Of a stretch of DNA of 64,000 bases, positions 10,329 through 21,479 are shown one piece after another. The notes below the pieces were generated by a model. That model was not told where the DNA came from. It worked only from the letters and a program-made list of their open reading frames with translations, and made no database searches. The translations under genes were made by a program, and so were the position numbers. Origin of the DNA: an uncultured candidate division Zixibacteria bacterium. GTDB taxonomy: Bacteria > Zixibacteria > MSB-5A5 > RBG-16-43-9. Within the stretch, counting starts at the first letter, position 1, and every line of letters begins with the position of its first letter. The DNA lies in NCBI GenBank assembly GCA_963713865.1, contig OY970208.1, forward strand, positions 992,001-1,056,000. Reading direction: 5' to 3'.

Positions 10329-13300
10329 TTAGCTACAAGGCGCCAGTCCGCCTTTGAAAAGATAGTTAATTAGATAGATTACATCAGTAACGTTCACCTT
10401 GTCATCGCAGTTGACATCACCCAGGTAAACGGGATTGGGTGCAGGTCCTCCCTTGAACAGGTAATTGATTAAGAAAACCACATCCGAGACTGTTGTTTTC
10501 TTATCTGTATTCGCATCTCCGCGCAGATATTCGATAACTGGATAAGTGTATGTATCAACCTGATCTGGTGGTGGAATTGGGAGATTTTGTGCTAAGGGTT
10601 TATCCTCATTATTATCTAATTTTATGGTTAAAGAATAATAACCCGTATCTGCACCAGGCTCACTTTTAACCTTAACTGTATATTCACCCACTATAGGATT
10701 GGGGATAGTAACTATATCATCCAAATCCAAATCACCGTTTCTATCTATAGTTGTATCATAGGTAGCAAATGGTATAGTATTGAAATCTACTCCGATTGAA
10801 TCCCCATTTGGCGCAGTAACTATTAAATCCACCGGAGAATAGGCAAAATACCACAGAGTCTCCGGAATGCTAGCTACAACAAAGCTCCAACTCTGGGTTG
10901 ACCATCTCACCGCACCCCAGTTATCATATGCTTTCACCTTCCAATAGTATGTATCGTTATTAAGAGTATCTGCAAACTTTGCAAGTGGCAAACTATCATA
11001 TACCACAGTGGAATCAGGGTCAAAACCAGAAACTGTGCTTAGATAAAGGTCGTATCTTATCTGATCACCAAAATTAGGGTCGTAGGCACTTCGCCAGCGA
11101 AAAGTCATAGTGCCAAAAGTGGTATCCCCATCTAAAGGAGAAATAAGCGAAAAAGCCCAAGGAGGCTGATTGGCCGGAGCCTGGGTTAGATTCTTCAGTA
11201 TGGACAAAAAGTCACTGTAAATTTTCGCTACAGCTAAGTCTAGATCGGTGTCTCCATCTAAATCCCCGCAAAAAACATAATAATTTGCGTGTCCAGTCCC
11301 ATAATTGGTCGCATTCTGAAAAGTGCCATCCCCGTTGTTTTTCAATATGGAGACGTTGGTGCTAGATAAGTTTGCCACAGCTAAATCTAAATCATTATCT
11401 CCATCTAAATCTGCACAAAAAGTTGAAACAGCTTCGTTTTCAGCGCCATAGTTAACCGCAGGCTGGAAAGTGCCATCTCCATTGTTTTTTAAGATGGAGA
11501 CATCGTCACTTACCTCATTTGCTACAGCCAAATCCAGATCAAAATCCCCATCTAAATCTGCACAAAAAATATGAAAAGGAGTATCACCCACCCCATAGTC
11601 AACTTTTGTGGGAAAAACTCCGTCACCATTGTTCTTTAAAATGGAAACGTTGTCACCATAAGCGTTTGCCACAGCTAAATCCAGATCAAAATCCCCATCT
11701 AAATCTGCACAAATAACAGACCAAGGACCGCTTCCTCCCGGATAGTTAACCGCAGACTGAAAAGTACCATCACCATTATTTTTCAAAATTGAACCATTAA
11801 CGTCAAATGCGTTAGCAGTAACTAAATCGATATCCGTATCCCCATCTAAATCTCCACCGAAAACAGAACGAGGACGGACTCCAACACTATAGTTGACCGC
11901 ACTCTGGAAAATCCCATCCCCATTGTTTATCAAAATAGAGACATTATTTCCATTATAATTTGCAGTAGCTAAGTCCAGATCACCATCCCCATCCAGATCC
12001 GCACAAAAAATAGAATAGGGAGCATCACCTGCTCCATAGTTGTCTGCATTCTGAAAAGTCCCATCACCATTATTATTCAAAATGGACACATTGTCATCAT
12101 CTGCATTTGATACAGCCAAGTCCAAATCCATATCTCCATCCAGGTCAGCACAAAAAACCGAAGCGGGATCACGCCCTCCTACCCAATAGTCCACCACCGG
12201 GGCAAAGGGTATGGAATCGAACTGGATGTATTTTATGGTGGCGTAGTCCTCTTCTGTCCCCCAACTACATCCTGTAATATAGACATTGTTAGAACCATCT
12301 AATTCTATAGCTTGAGGGGAGTCTAATTGACCTTGAAGGTCAATTAGATAGTTTTCGTAACCATTATGTCCTCCATCATACCTTTTAACCCAAGCAGAAT
12401 CACCATTGAAATAATACTTTATGGTGGCGTAGTCAGCTAATGTGCTGCCTCCGTAGCTTTCTCCAATCACATAGACATTGCCAGAACTATCTACAGTTAT
12501 GTCTTTAGCTTCGTCATACCCGTTTCCCGGTCCATTATATCTTCTGACCCAAGCGGTATCCCCATCAGCATAGTACTTTATAATTGTTATGTCCCAATTT
12601 GTGCCATTACCGATACTATGTCCACTGACATAAACATTGCCAGAAGCATCAATACATAAATTGTAAGCCTTATCTTCGGAGTTTATATCAGAATTATTGT
12701 ACCTTCTTACCCAGACAGTGTCACCGTTTGGCTTATACTTGATAGTGGCGAAGTCATAGTTTGTGGTACTGCTATAACTTAATCCTGTAACATATAGATT
12801 CCCGGAGCTATCAACAGCTATGGCATACGCCTCATCATAAGCGTTTCCCGGCCCATTATATCTTCTTACCCAGGCCGTATCTCCATTAGGATAGTATTTT
12901 ATCGTGGCATAATCCCGTGATGTTCCAATGCCATAACTACATCCAGTCACATACAAATTACCAGAACCATCTACTGCTATGGCGTAAGCATAATCATAAA
13001 AGTTATCCGGGCCATTGTATATTCTCACCCAGGCAGTATCTCCGTTTGGATAATATTTTATGGTGGCATAGTCTCTGTCCATCCCAATGCAACTTTCTCC
13101 TGTTACATATAGATTCCCGGAGCTATCCACCGCTAAGGCATTAGCCCCGTCAATGTTGTTTCCTGGTCCAGTATACCTTCTCACCCAGGCAGTGTCTCCA
13201 TTTGGATAATATTTTATGGTGGCATAGTCATAGGATGTCACACTGCCGTAACTCCATCCTGTCACATATAGATTCCCGGAGCTATCCACAGCTATGGCAT

Positions 13301-13607
13301 ACGCCTCATCATAAGCGTTTCCCGGACCGTTGTATCTTCTCACCCAGGCGGTGTCTCCATCAGGATAATATTTCACAGTGGCATAGTCATAGTCTGTCCC
13401 ACTGCCGTAACTTCTTCCTGTTACATAGACATTACCGGAACCATCTACTGCTATGGCATTAGCATAATCATTGGAGTTTACCGGTCCGTTGTATCTTTTT
13501 ACCCAGGCGGTATCCACATACTGGGCAAAGAGAGGCAGGGTAAAAATGAAGTTATAATTCGACAAGCAGACAACAGCAAAGACAAAAATTAAAAGCAGTT
13601 TCTTCAT
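10329..13607 (-). CDS. Secreted SBBP beta-propeller + FG-GAP/VCBS repeat + FN3-like protein with C-terminal dockerin-like domain
   Basis: GGAGG RBS then MKKLLLIF signal peptide; DTAWVRRYNGPGN repeats; ADLDGDxDLDLAVAN repeats; ends GDANTDKK..GDVNCDDK..GGLAPCS. Confidence 0.9.
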   Translation of the reverse strand: MKKLLLIFVFAVVCLSNYNFIFTLPLFAQYVDTAWVKRYNGPVNSNDYANAIAVDGSGNVYVTGRSYGSGTDYDYATVKYYPDGDTAWVRRYNGPGNAYDEAYAIAVDSSGNLYVTGWSYGSVTSYDYATIKYYPNGDTAWVRRYTGPGNNIDGANALAVDSSGNLYVTGESCIGMDRDYATIKYYPNGDTAWVRIYNGPDNFYDYAYAIAVDGSGNLYVTGCSYGIGTSRDYATIKYYPNGDTAWVRRYNGPGNAYDEAYAIAVDSSGNLYVTGLSYSSTTNYDFATIKYKPNGDTVWVRRYNNSDINSEDKAYNLCIDASGNVYVSGHSIGNGTNWDITIIKYYADGDTAWVRRYNGPGNGYDEAKDITVDSSGNVYVIGESYGGSTLADYATIKYYFNGDSAWVKRYDGGHNGYENYLIDLQGQLDSPQAIELDGSNNVYITGCSWGTEEDYATIKYIQFDSIPFAPVVDYWVGGRDPASVFCADLDGDMDLDLAVSNADDDNVSILNNNGDGTFQNADNYGAGDAPYSIFCADLDGDGDLDLATANYNGNNVSILINNGDGIFQSAVNYSVGVRPRSVFGGDLDGDTDIDLVTANAFDVNGSILKNNGDGTFQSAVNYPGGSGPWSVICADLDGDFDLDLAVANAYGDNVSILKNNGDGVFPTKVDYGVGDTPFHIFCADLDGDFDLDLAVANEVSDDVSILKNNGDGTFQPAVNYGAENEAVSTFCADLDGDNDLDLAVANLSSTNVSILKNNGDGTFQNATNYGTGHANYYVFCGDLDGDTDLDLAVAKIYSDFLSILKNLTQAPANQPPWAFSLISPLDGDTTFGTMTFRWRSAYDPNFGDQIRYDLYLSTVSGFDPDSTVVYDSLPLAKFADTLNNDTYYWKVKAYDNWGAVRWSTQSWSFVVASIPETLWYFAYSPVDLIVTAPNGDSIGVDFNTIPFATYDTTIDRNGDLDLDDIVTIPNPIVGEYTVKVKSEPGADTGYYSLTIKLDNNEDKPLAQNLPIPPPDQVDTYTYPVIEYLRGDANTDKKTTVSDVVFLINYLFKGGPAPNPVYLGDVNCDDKVNVTDVIYLINYLFKGGLAPCS

Positions 13608-13784
13608 AACACCTCCAATTTTCAAAAAGTAAATTGTTTCTTTTAATATTAATATAACCTCTTTTCTATTTTTTCCAAGAAGTTTTTTGTCTAAATTTTA
13701 GAAAAAATTAGGTTTAATATGTTCTATGGGGTGCGCTGGAGATGTTAATTCAGCATCCATTGGATGCATCCATATCAAATATTT

Positions 13785-14400
13785 AGGGCAGCCATCCTAG
13801 TAAAACCGGATTTCGCTCTGCTCAACAGGTGCCTGCCCCTGCAACTTCATTTGATCTTTACTTTTTGTTTTTCGACTTTAGACTATAGCCTTTAAACTTC
13901 AGCCTTATTAGCTACAGGGTGCCGGTCCGCCTTTGAACAAATAGTTGATTAAATAAACCACATCGGAAACAGTTGTTTTCCCATCGCAGTTGACGTCACC
14001 CAGGTAGACGGGATTGGGTGCGGGTCCTCCCTTGAACAGGTAATTGATTAAGAAAACCACATCCGAGACTGTTGTCTTTTTATCAGAGTTCGCATCCCCG
14101 CGCAAATATTCGATTACCGGATAAGTGAACGTATTGACCTCTCCTGGTGGTGGAATGGGGAAATTTTGTGCTAAGGGTTTATCCTCATTACCATCTAATT
14201 TTATGGTAAGAGAATAATGACCGGTATCCGCTCCAGGTTCGCTTTTAACTATAACTGAATATTGTCCTATTAAAGGATCAGGTATGGTAACTTTATCCTG
14301 GTCATTGGTTGAATCGTAGGTGGCATCAGGTATGTTGTTGAAATCTATCCCGATTGATCTGCCGATCGGGTCAGTTACTATTATATCAACTGGCGAGTGA
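13785..14400. repeat. Duplicated 3' cassette (SPVD domain + dockerin + downstream hairpin), other copy about 10205-10840
   Basis: Near-identical coding ends (PGADTG.YSLTIKLD.NEDKPLAQN...YLRGDAN.DKKTTVSDVVFLINYLFKGGPAPNPVYLGDVNCD) and about 120 bp of shared non-coding sequence. Confidence 0.85.
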
Positions 14401-17313
14401 GCTTCAACCCGGAGGGTATCATGTCTGGTATAGCCGCATCTTTTTTGTTTGAGTTGATTGGCAATGGAGTACAAATCTGCTAATCCCTGGTCAGTTACTA
14501 TCAGTGCATATTTCACAGTGACTGCAATAGAAGTATCAGGATTATTAAGTTGAAGAGCTGAGATCAATATTATTATATCCTGAGGAGAAATCGGCTCAAC
14601 TGACCAGCCAGGGGTAAGAGACATATATTTATACAGGGAATCGCCATTATAATCACCACCGAAAGGAGAGACCTGGGTGTAACCGGATAGAACATGGGCA
14701 GAATATGGAGTCCAGGTAGTATCTCCATCTTTGGCCGTATAAAAGAAGAGGATACCTGCATAGTAGTTGTCATATATGCCAGTTCCTTTGATCCAGATCA
14801 GATTCGAGTCAGGATTAAAACCACCTACGTTAGCGGCATATCCATAATTATCTTGCGGGACATCGAAATCCGCTGAAAAGCCGAAATAAGCTGTAGGTAA
14901 AGTAGGCGGTGGTGAGGGGATATTGCACCACCAGGGAGGTGGCGGATTCTTGTGCAGGGTGAGGTATTTTACGATCACTTTCTTCAGCGAATCTGGATGA
15001 GTGAAGAATAAACTGTTTTCCTCAATCGCATACCACCACCAGAACCAGTGATAAGGAGGAGCCAGTATAGTACTGACTGGTGCATAGGTAGAGGTAACTG
15101 CAATCACGGTATCGCTGGAACATCCATTCTCATTTATCTGAAGGGGGGATAAGGGTAAAAAGTCAGTTTGACTCCAGAAGCTTGCCCCTTTCCATCCATA
15201 TCCCGGAATATTGGTGAGTATAACCGGTGAACAGTCATAAAGGTAACCGTGTCCATTATAGAACATCCCGGCATTAATATCTGCATAACGTGTACTACCC
15301 ACATTGGAGACTGCGGTAATAATTCCTCCACTTCCAGTATTAACAGTATTATGTTCAGTCTGGGTGAAACTGTTACTCACTACAAAATGAACTTTTACCC
15401 AGAACGGTATCCACATAGTTTGGTCCTCCTCCCACATAACCGTTATTAGAGACGATTTTTAAACTGTCTATCAGGATGGTATCCTGGAATCCAGCTCCAT
15501 TACAAGTTAGATGAACTATCTGAGGAGAGCCAGCCTCTGCTATGCTGAAATTTGAAGGGGGAATAGATGTTATCCACGAAGGTCCGCTCAACTGCACATA
15601 TAGAGTTGCTGAGCCATCGTTTGAGATCACGATGGAATCAGTATTACTGCTGTTATTCAAGGTTGAGGTCATAAATATATACGGGTAACCCATTTTGGGT
15701 ATGGCTGGGATTAGAGGACGTGGATATTTCAGGTAGCGAACCGGATTATTGGTAAAAGTCCCTTCATTCATAGGGATTCCGCCAGCATCTCTATCATAAA
15801 TATACTGGATATAGAGGAAGATGTCCACCCTCTCGGCGATTGAAGCCCAGTGTTCACTTTCACAATTACCTGGAGTGCATCCGTTTGAATTGGTATTAGT
15901 CAGATTAAGAGAAGCTAAACTCTCTTGGGGTCCTCTCCAGGTCAATCCACCGTTGGAAGAAGCCATAAGACGCAGGTCTCCGTTAGCATATCCACCTGCG
16001 GATATGTCACTATACCAGAATCGGGTATAGACAACATAGAGATAATTATAAGCCGAATCTCCCTCCATATATTCTACCCCTATGGTAGGTTTAGCAATGC
16101 AAAGATTATAGCTACCTGATTCAATCGCTCCGGCATTGAGAGAAGTAACTTTACGAATTCCTGGAAGAGCAGAATTCCAGTGCCATAAAGTAACATCATT
16201 AACATAATCTGACTTAAAAGTTGTCCAGATAATATGCAAGTTGTCATTGTAATCGTAGACTGCGGCAATGTCAGGGTAAGCTCTGTTTATATAGCCATCT
16301 GCTTCATAGTCAGTTACCTGAACCGGAGTTCCCATATCCCCGGCTGTTATCCAGTCATTACCATTGTTTGTAGATTCTAAATACTTAACTTCATTTTGAG
16401 TCGCAGATGTAGCAGTGGTTTGCAGCCATACCACAGCCACCTTCTGAGACACCGGTGAGGTGGCTACAACAGTACCACCCAACCTGCAAATAGTAAATCT
16501 ATAGGGAACTTTATTGGGTACAAGTTTTGTATCTTTGGGGATTAATAGCGGAGAACCCCAGCCGGGAGACACACAGACCAGAGTATCCCAATTACTTGGT
16601 TTCTCAAAGCAGCGAATATATCCTAAATCTCTATTAGCGTCACCTGTAACTTGTTGAGTATGGGTGACATGGATATAGGAAGTATCTCCATTGGTCATCT
16701 TGGAACAAGCCACAGTAGTCCATAACCCTTTTTCTATAAACCCAGCACAGGAATCAGGGATATCAAAAGAGTTGAAATCTCCTGATCCAGGGTAGATATC
16801 TATAGAAAGAGTAGTTCCCCAGAAAGCTCCTGCAGGGGTGATGGGGTAATTACGATGATATCCTAATACTTCCCTGTCATCCGGCAATAAATCCAAACCG
16901 GTATAGCCACCTCTGCCAGAATCTGGAGTAACATGCATACCACCTGGTGCCAGCCAATCCTGAAAATTCCAGGCATTATAGTCGATATAGCGATTGTAAC
17001 TCATATCCGGGCCAACCAGGTTCATCCAGGTGAAGTGTATGATCCCATCCGTACCATTGGCTATCTGCCGGCGGTTAGCCTGATAATCGTAGTAGGTGTA
17101 ACCTACGGTATCGCCTGTGGCGGGTAATAATACCCTGGGCTTAGGAGTCAAAAGATACCTAGAAACAATGCTTTCATCCGGATATCTTGCCTTTTCTATC
17201 TTTTCCAGTCTCTGAGCCATTTTTTCATAATTCACAGGTTTTTTAGCTCCATAAACATTAAAACTGGATAATAGAAATAAACTCAAGACAAAAACTAAAA
17301 CACTTTTTGCCAT
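13908..17313 (-). CDS. Large secreted protein (putative beta-propeller with Asp-box-like motifs) with C-terminal dockerin-like domain (+1 frameshift at about 15403)
   Basis: Signal peptide MAKSVLVF; STNNG and SSNGGLTW motifs. ORFs 15373-17313 and 13908-15437 join as NYVDTVWVKVHF if one base is removed from GTTCTGG. Confidence 0.75.
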
Positions 17314-17479
17314 CTTTTCCTCCTTTTTGATTTCTATTTTTTTTAATTTGTAAGTGTAATGATAAAAAACACTATCTAAAAATCAGGTTTGATAAATTGT
17401 TAAAAAACAAACTATTTGGATAAATAGATTTGAAAAAGTAAAAAGCTGACCTTTTTTTATCTTCACTATAGATGAAGTC

Positions 17480-17520
17480 AATAAAATTATAGCTCAAAAA
17501 TTAAAAAAGTCAAGGAAAAT
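17480..17520 (-). promoter_or_regulatory. sigma70 promoter block, shared with 35296-35336
   Basis: Minus strand TTGACT-N16-TATAAT; 38/41 identity to the region upstream of the 1857-aa dockerin gene. Confidence 0.7.
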
Positions 17521-17596
17521 TTGGGTAGTGTCCTAATTTGAATTTCCCTTCAATCAACTGTCCTACTTAATGGTAGAAAAATAATTAAAAAATAGC

Positions 17597-17625
17597 TTGA
17601 CAAAGGAAAAGGGGGTTATTATATT
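17597..17625 (+). promoter_or_regulatory. sigma70 promoter
   Basis: TTGACA-N17-TATATT followed by an AGGAG RBS before 17653. Confidence 0.7.
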
Positions 17626-17652
17626 GTCTGAGATAATGGTAGGAGAATAGAA

Positions 17653-18054
17653 ATGAATCTTTCTGATATTTACAAGAGATTTCCAACTGAGGTAGATTGC
17701 ATTAAGTTCCTTGAGGAAATTCGCTGGAAGGGAAATCCCGTTTGTCCTTACTGTGGAGTAGGATACTTCACTGCTTTACAGATTGAGAACCGCTATCATT
17801 GTAACAATTGTAATACTTCATTTAGTGTTACAACAAGGACAATATTTCATCGGTCACATTTACCATCTCAAAAGTGGTTTTATTCAATTTATATTATTGT
17901 AAATAGTCACAAGAGAATTTCTGTTCGAGAATTGGCTAAAGAAATAAAAGTCAACAAAGATACTGCTTGTTTAGTTATTCAGAAAATTCGACAAGGAATG
18001 TTCAATGATAAGGCGCTTTTATTTAAAATAGCAGAAATAAATAAAATTAGTTAG
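17653..18054 (+). mobile_element. IS1595-family transposase N-terminal fragment (zinc ribbon + HTH, no DDE domain)
   Basis: FPTEVDCIKFLEEIRW...CPYCG...RYHCNNCNTSFSVTTRTIFHRSHLP..KWF..I...ISVRELAKEI; only 133 aa. Confidence 0.8.
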
Positions 18055-18064
18055 GAGGTAAATT

Positions 18065-19003
18065 ATGTTAAAAGCAACCCATTCAGGAATATTAAAAATT
18101 GGTGAATTTGATATTTCTTGTGCGGTTCTTGAAGATGGCACAAGGGTATTAGTAGAAAGAAGCGTAGCTAATGCACTCGGCAAAAGAGGTAGTGGCACTC
18201 ATTGGCAAAAAAAGAAAGAGCTTGGAAGTGGTGCTGTGCTTCCAGAGTATATTTCTGCAAAATATTTAAGTAATTATATAGATGGGGATTTACTTGTAAG
18301 ACTACAGAATAAAATAACTTACAAGTCTACAAAAGGTAAAACAATAGTCGGGGTAGAAGCTACAATTTTACCCGATATTTGTGATTTATGGGTGCAAGCA
18401 CGTGAAAAAGGCGCTTTACGTGGAAAGCAAATTGAAATCGCTAATAGAGCCTATCAATTAATGCGTGGTTTTGCAAATGTGGGTATAACTGCCCTTGTAG
18501 ATGAAGCCACTGGATACCAAGAAATTAGAGATAGAAAAGCCTTAGAAAAAATTCTTGAGATGTGGATAGCTAAAGAATTATTGCCATGGACTAAACGCTT
18601 CCCTAATGACTTTTATGAACAAATGTTTAGATTAAAAGGTTGGCAATATAGACCTTTATCAGTAAAACGACCACAGGTAATAGGTCATTATACCGATGAC
18701 ATCGTTTATAAGCGTTTAGAAACTGGAGTGTTAGAGGCATTAAGGAAGTCAAATCCGAGAACTGAAAAAGGACATCGTAAAAGCAAACATCATCAATGGC
18801 TAACTATGGATGTAGGACACCCCAAACTTCGAGATCATTTAAATGGGGTGATTGCTTTAATGCGAGCTTCTTCTAATTGGGATTTATTTAATCGATTATT
18901 AAATAGGGCATTTCCTAAAAAGGGACAAACCCTACAGCTTGCATTAGATGATAAAATTGAAATAGAAAAAGAGGAAGTAAAAGAGAATGAAAAAGCGGAG
19001 TAG
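18065..19003 (+). CDS. P63C-domain protein
   Basis: CAVLEDGTRVL N-terminus; GITALVDEATGYQ..R..AL..ILE..IAKELLPWTKRFP..FY..MFRL.GW, characteristic of P63C. Confidence 0.85.
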   Translation: MLKATHSGILKIGEFDISCAVLEDGTRVLVERSVANALGKRGSGTHWQKKKELGSGAVLPEYISAKYLSNYIDGDLLVRLQNKITYKSTKGKTIVGVEATILPDICDLWVQAREKGALRGKQIEIANRAYQLMRGFANVGITALVDEATGYQEIRDRKALEKILEMWIAKELLPWTKRFPNDFYEQMFRLKGWQYRPLSVKRPQVIGHYTDDIVYKRLETGVLEALRKSNPRTEKGHRKSKHHQWLTMDVGHPKLRDHLNGVIALMRASSNWDLFNRLLNRAFPKKGQTLQLALDDKIEIEKEEVKENEKAE

Positions 19004-19118
19004 TAACTCCGCTTACGTGTTCACCAAACTTTAAGAGTTACCCCAGCTATGGAATCTGGTATAACTGAACATATTTGGAGTTGGGGAGAATTATTAACTC
19101 AAAATTAGGAGGTTTAAA

Positions 19119-19259
19119 ATGAGTGGCAAAGACCGTAAAAGCACTCTTAGGGGACGTGATGCGGGTTCTGGACAATTTATTCCTATTGAGGAGGCTCGAA
19201 GACGCAAAGAAACAGCAGTCGTAGAGAGAATCCCATTGCCCAAGAAACACAAAAAGTAG
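19119..19259 (+). CDS. Small basic 46-aa protein (not in the ORF track)
   Basis: Strong AGGAGG RBS; MSGKDRKSTLRGRDAGSGQFIPIEEARRRKETAVVERIPLPKKHKK. Confidence 0.7.
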   Translation: MSGKDRKSTLRGRDAGSGQFIPIEEARRRKETAVVERIPLPKKHKK

Positions 19260-19292
19260 TTATTTATTTTTTAAAATTTTTAATTTCTGACT

Positions 19293-19529
19293 GGATGCAT
19301 CGGCATTAGGAAATGCCGATGCCCGTTAAACGATCTTATATTATAAGACAGATAAGCGCAAGTCCTACCCGCCTCTGGCGGGTTTCTCGGACTTCAGCTT
19401 GCGGATGGAGAAGGCGAGTAAGATCGTAAAGCTGAAATTAACCCCGCCCTATCCCTCCCCTTTTCCTACGGACCCGTTTCAGGGCAAGGGGAGGGCAAAG
19501 AAAGAGCGCAGACTGAAGTCTGCGGCTAC
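19293..19529. repeat. Cluster of REP-like palindromes, two interrupted by micro-element copies (19363-19391, 19464-19485)
   Basis: gcatcggcatt..aatgccgatgc; cgcaag[..]cttcagcttgcg; ccctccccttt[..]aaggggaggg; cgcagactgaagtctgcggctac. Confidence 0.7.
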
Positions 19530-19552
19530 CTCGATGGTACTTATTGAAAATG

Positions 19553-20827
19553 TCAAGTTTTCATCAATACCAGGGTGATGTCATCTTCTTGGGGCTGGGT
19601 GCCTTGAAAGGAGAGGACATCATCCACAATTTTTTGTAAAAGGTTCTGGGTTGAAATCTCCTGGTTATCTTTAAGAAGTCTTAAAAGCCTTTTTTCTTCA
19701 AACATTTCCTCTTTCTCATTTATCGCTTCAGTTATGCCGTCTGTATATAGAAGGAGTATATCATCTGGTTTTAATTGAACCGTGTCCTCTTCATAAACTG
19801 AATTATCGGAAATCCCCAGGATGATTCCACCTTTTTCCAGGTTTTTCACATTACCCTCGCTGTCCAGCAGAAAAGGGAAGTTATGCCCGGCATTGGTGTA
19901 GGTGAAGGTTTTTGTTTGAAGGTCCAGAATGCCGTAAAAAAGGGTGATGAACTTTCCCATATCCATAAATTTAGAGAGCATGAAGTTGGTCTTGGTTACC
20001 GTATCCTTCACACTGCGATTTACCAGAGCTTGACCTCTTAAGCTAGCTTGCAGATTTGCCATCAACAAAGCTGCGGGAGTTCCTTTGCCTGAAACGTCTG
20101 CGATGGCAATCCCGAGATGAGAATCATCTATCTGGATGAAATCGTAATAGTCGCCACCAACCTGCCTGGCTGAGATGGAAAGGCCAAAAATCTCTATCCC
20201 TTCGATAATCGGGTTACTTTTAGGCAGGAGGGATTGCTGAATGAAGCGGGCAGTTCTCAAATCTTCTTCTAAAGCTATAAGTTTACGCTCCTCCTCGTAA
20301 AGCCGAGCATTTTCCAGGGTCTGGACCGATTGAATGCCAATGATCGATAAAAGCCTCAGGTCATCCGGGGTAAAATCTGAATTATCTTTTTTGTTAAAAA
20401 GACATAAAACTCCTATCATCTTATTTTTTAGTTTTAAAGGTACGGCTAAAAGCGATTTTATCTCCGTGGATTCCTTTTCAATCCCTAAGAACCTTTCGTC
20501 TTTTGAAAGGTCGTTGATCAAAAGCGGTTTTTGGTTCTTGAGCATCCATCCGGTCAGGCTCATCCCAAAATGGTAGGGAACGCCTTTGATGGTGGAATCG
20601 GTTATTCTTATGAAGGTTTTCAAGGGAGCAGTTTCGTTTTCCACGCTTACCAGGCAGATGGCACCCTGTTCTGCCTGGATGTGCTTGGTGCACTTTTTAA
20701 CTATCAGCTCGGTCATCTTCTCCACCCCCATAGTTGAGCTGATGGCCACGCCTATATCATTGAGAATGGATAGCTCCTCAACCGCTCGCCTGAGCTTGAG
20801 ATTTTCTTCTCTTAGTCCATTTAGCAT
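19553..20827 (-). CDS. GAF-domain SpoIIE/RsbU-family PP2C phosphatase
   Basis: GAF motifs (SLLAVPLK..IGVL); VGGDYYD, IADVSGKG, NAGHN, LYTDGITEA, DDITLV. Confidence 0.93.
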   Translation of the reverse strand: MLNGLREENLKLRRAVEELSILNDIGVAISSTMGVEKMTELIVKKCTKHIQAEQGAICLVSVENETAPLKTFIRITDSTIKGVPYHFGMSLTGWMLKNQKPLLINDLSKDERFLGIEKESTEIKSLLAVPLKLKNKMIGVLCLFNKKDNSDFTPDDLRLLSIIGIQSVQTLENARLYEEERKLIALEEDLRTARFIQQSLLPKSNPIIEGIEIFGLSISARQVGGDYYDFIQIDDSHLGIAIADVSGKGTPAALLMANLQASLRGQALVNRSVKDTVTKTNFMLSKFMDMGKFITLFYGILDLQTKTFTYTNAGHNFPFLLDSEGNVKNLEKGGIILGISDNSVYEEDTVQLKPDDILLLYTDGITEAINEKEEMFEEKRLLRLLKDNQEISTQNLLQKIVDDVLSFQGTQPQEDDITLVLMKT

Positions 20828-21148
20828 TTTTAACCTTTTTTCAAATCATCTGTAAGTAATATATCTATTTTGTAAATATAAAATCAAGCTTAATCAAAAA
20901 GATTTTCTCGGATTTCTACAAGTTTTTCAGTGAGCTCGGGGAAAGTAGATATTGCGTAGCGGAGATATTTAAGACAGATTAACATGCTCCAACCTTTACT
21001 TGCAGCAAGCCTTTGAAGTACAAATTCTCATTTAAATCACTTTCTAATTAAACAGAAGCCTTTACATTATGAGATCGGAATTTCCTTGCAAAACTGGTTG
21101 ATTTGCATTATCTTCAACTCAGGTTGTTCAATTGGAGGAATTGTGTCT

Positions 21149-21469
21149 ATGTCTCATCTCGATGTCAGCGGCAAGAAACTAGCACTTAACGAAGAGGGGT
21201 TTCTAACAGATCCCCACCAGTGGGATAAGCAGGTTGCGGAGGTTTTAGCCAAAGCTGCAGAAGGCATCGATAACCTGACCCCGGAACACTGGGCGGTTAT
21301 TGAGTTCATTCGGGATCACTTCTTGGAAACGAGCTTGGCACCGATGGTTCGCTCCATTTGTAAGACCACCGGCTTGCCTCTGCGTCGCATTTACGAATTA
21401 TTCCCCTCAGGTCCTGCCAAGGGGGCCTGCAAGATTGCCGGTTTGCCTAAGCCGGACGGCTGTGTATAG
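21149..21469 (+). CDS. dsrC: DsrC/TusE-family sulfur carrier with C-X10-C tail
   Basis: GGAGG RBS; NEEGFL..W...A; LTPEHWAVI; YELFPSGPAKGACKIAGLPKPDGCV has both C-terminal Cys. Confidence 0.8.
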   Translation: MSHLDVSGKKLALNEEGFLTDPHQWDKQVAEVLAKAAEGIDNLTPEHWAVIEFIRDHFLETSLAPMVRSICKTTGLPLRRIYELFPSGPAKGACKIAGLPKPDGCV

Positions 21470-21479
21470 GTTTCCCAAA

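Noticed and set aside
17523-19044. Possible IS terminal inverted repeats (gggtagtgtcctaa / ttaagagttaccc)
   Set aside because: The match is short and gapped and no target duplication is evident, so element ends are not called.
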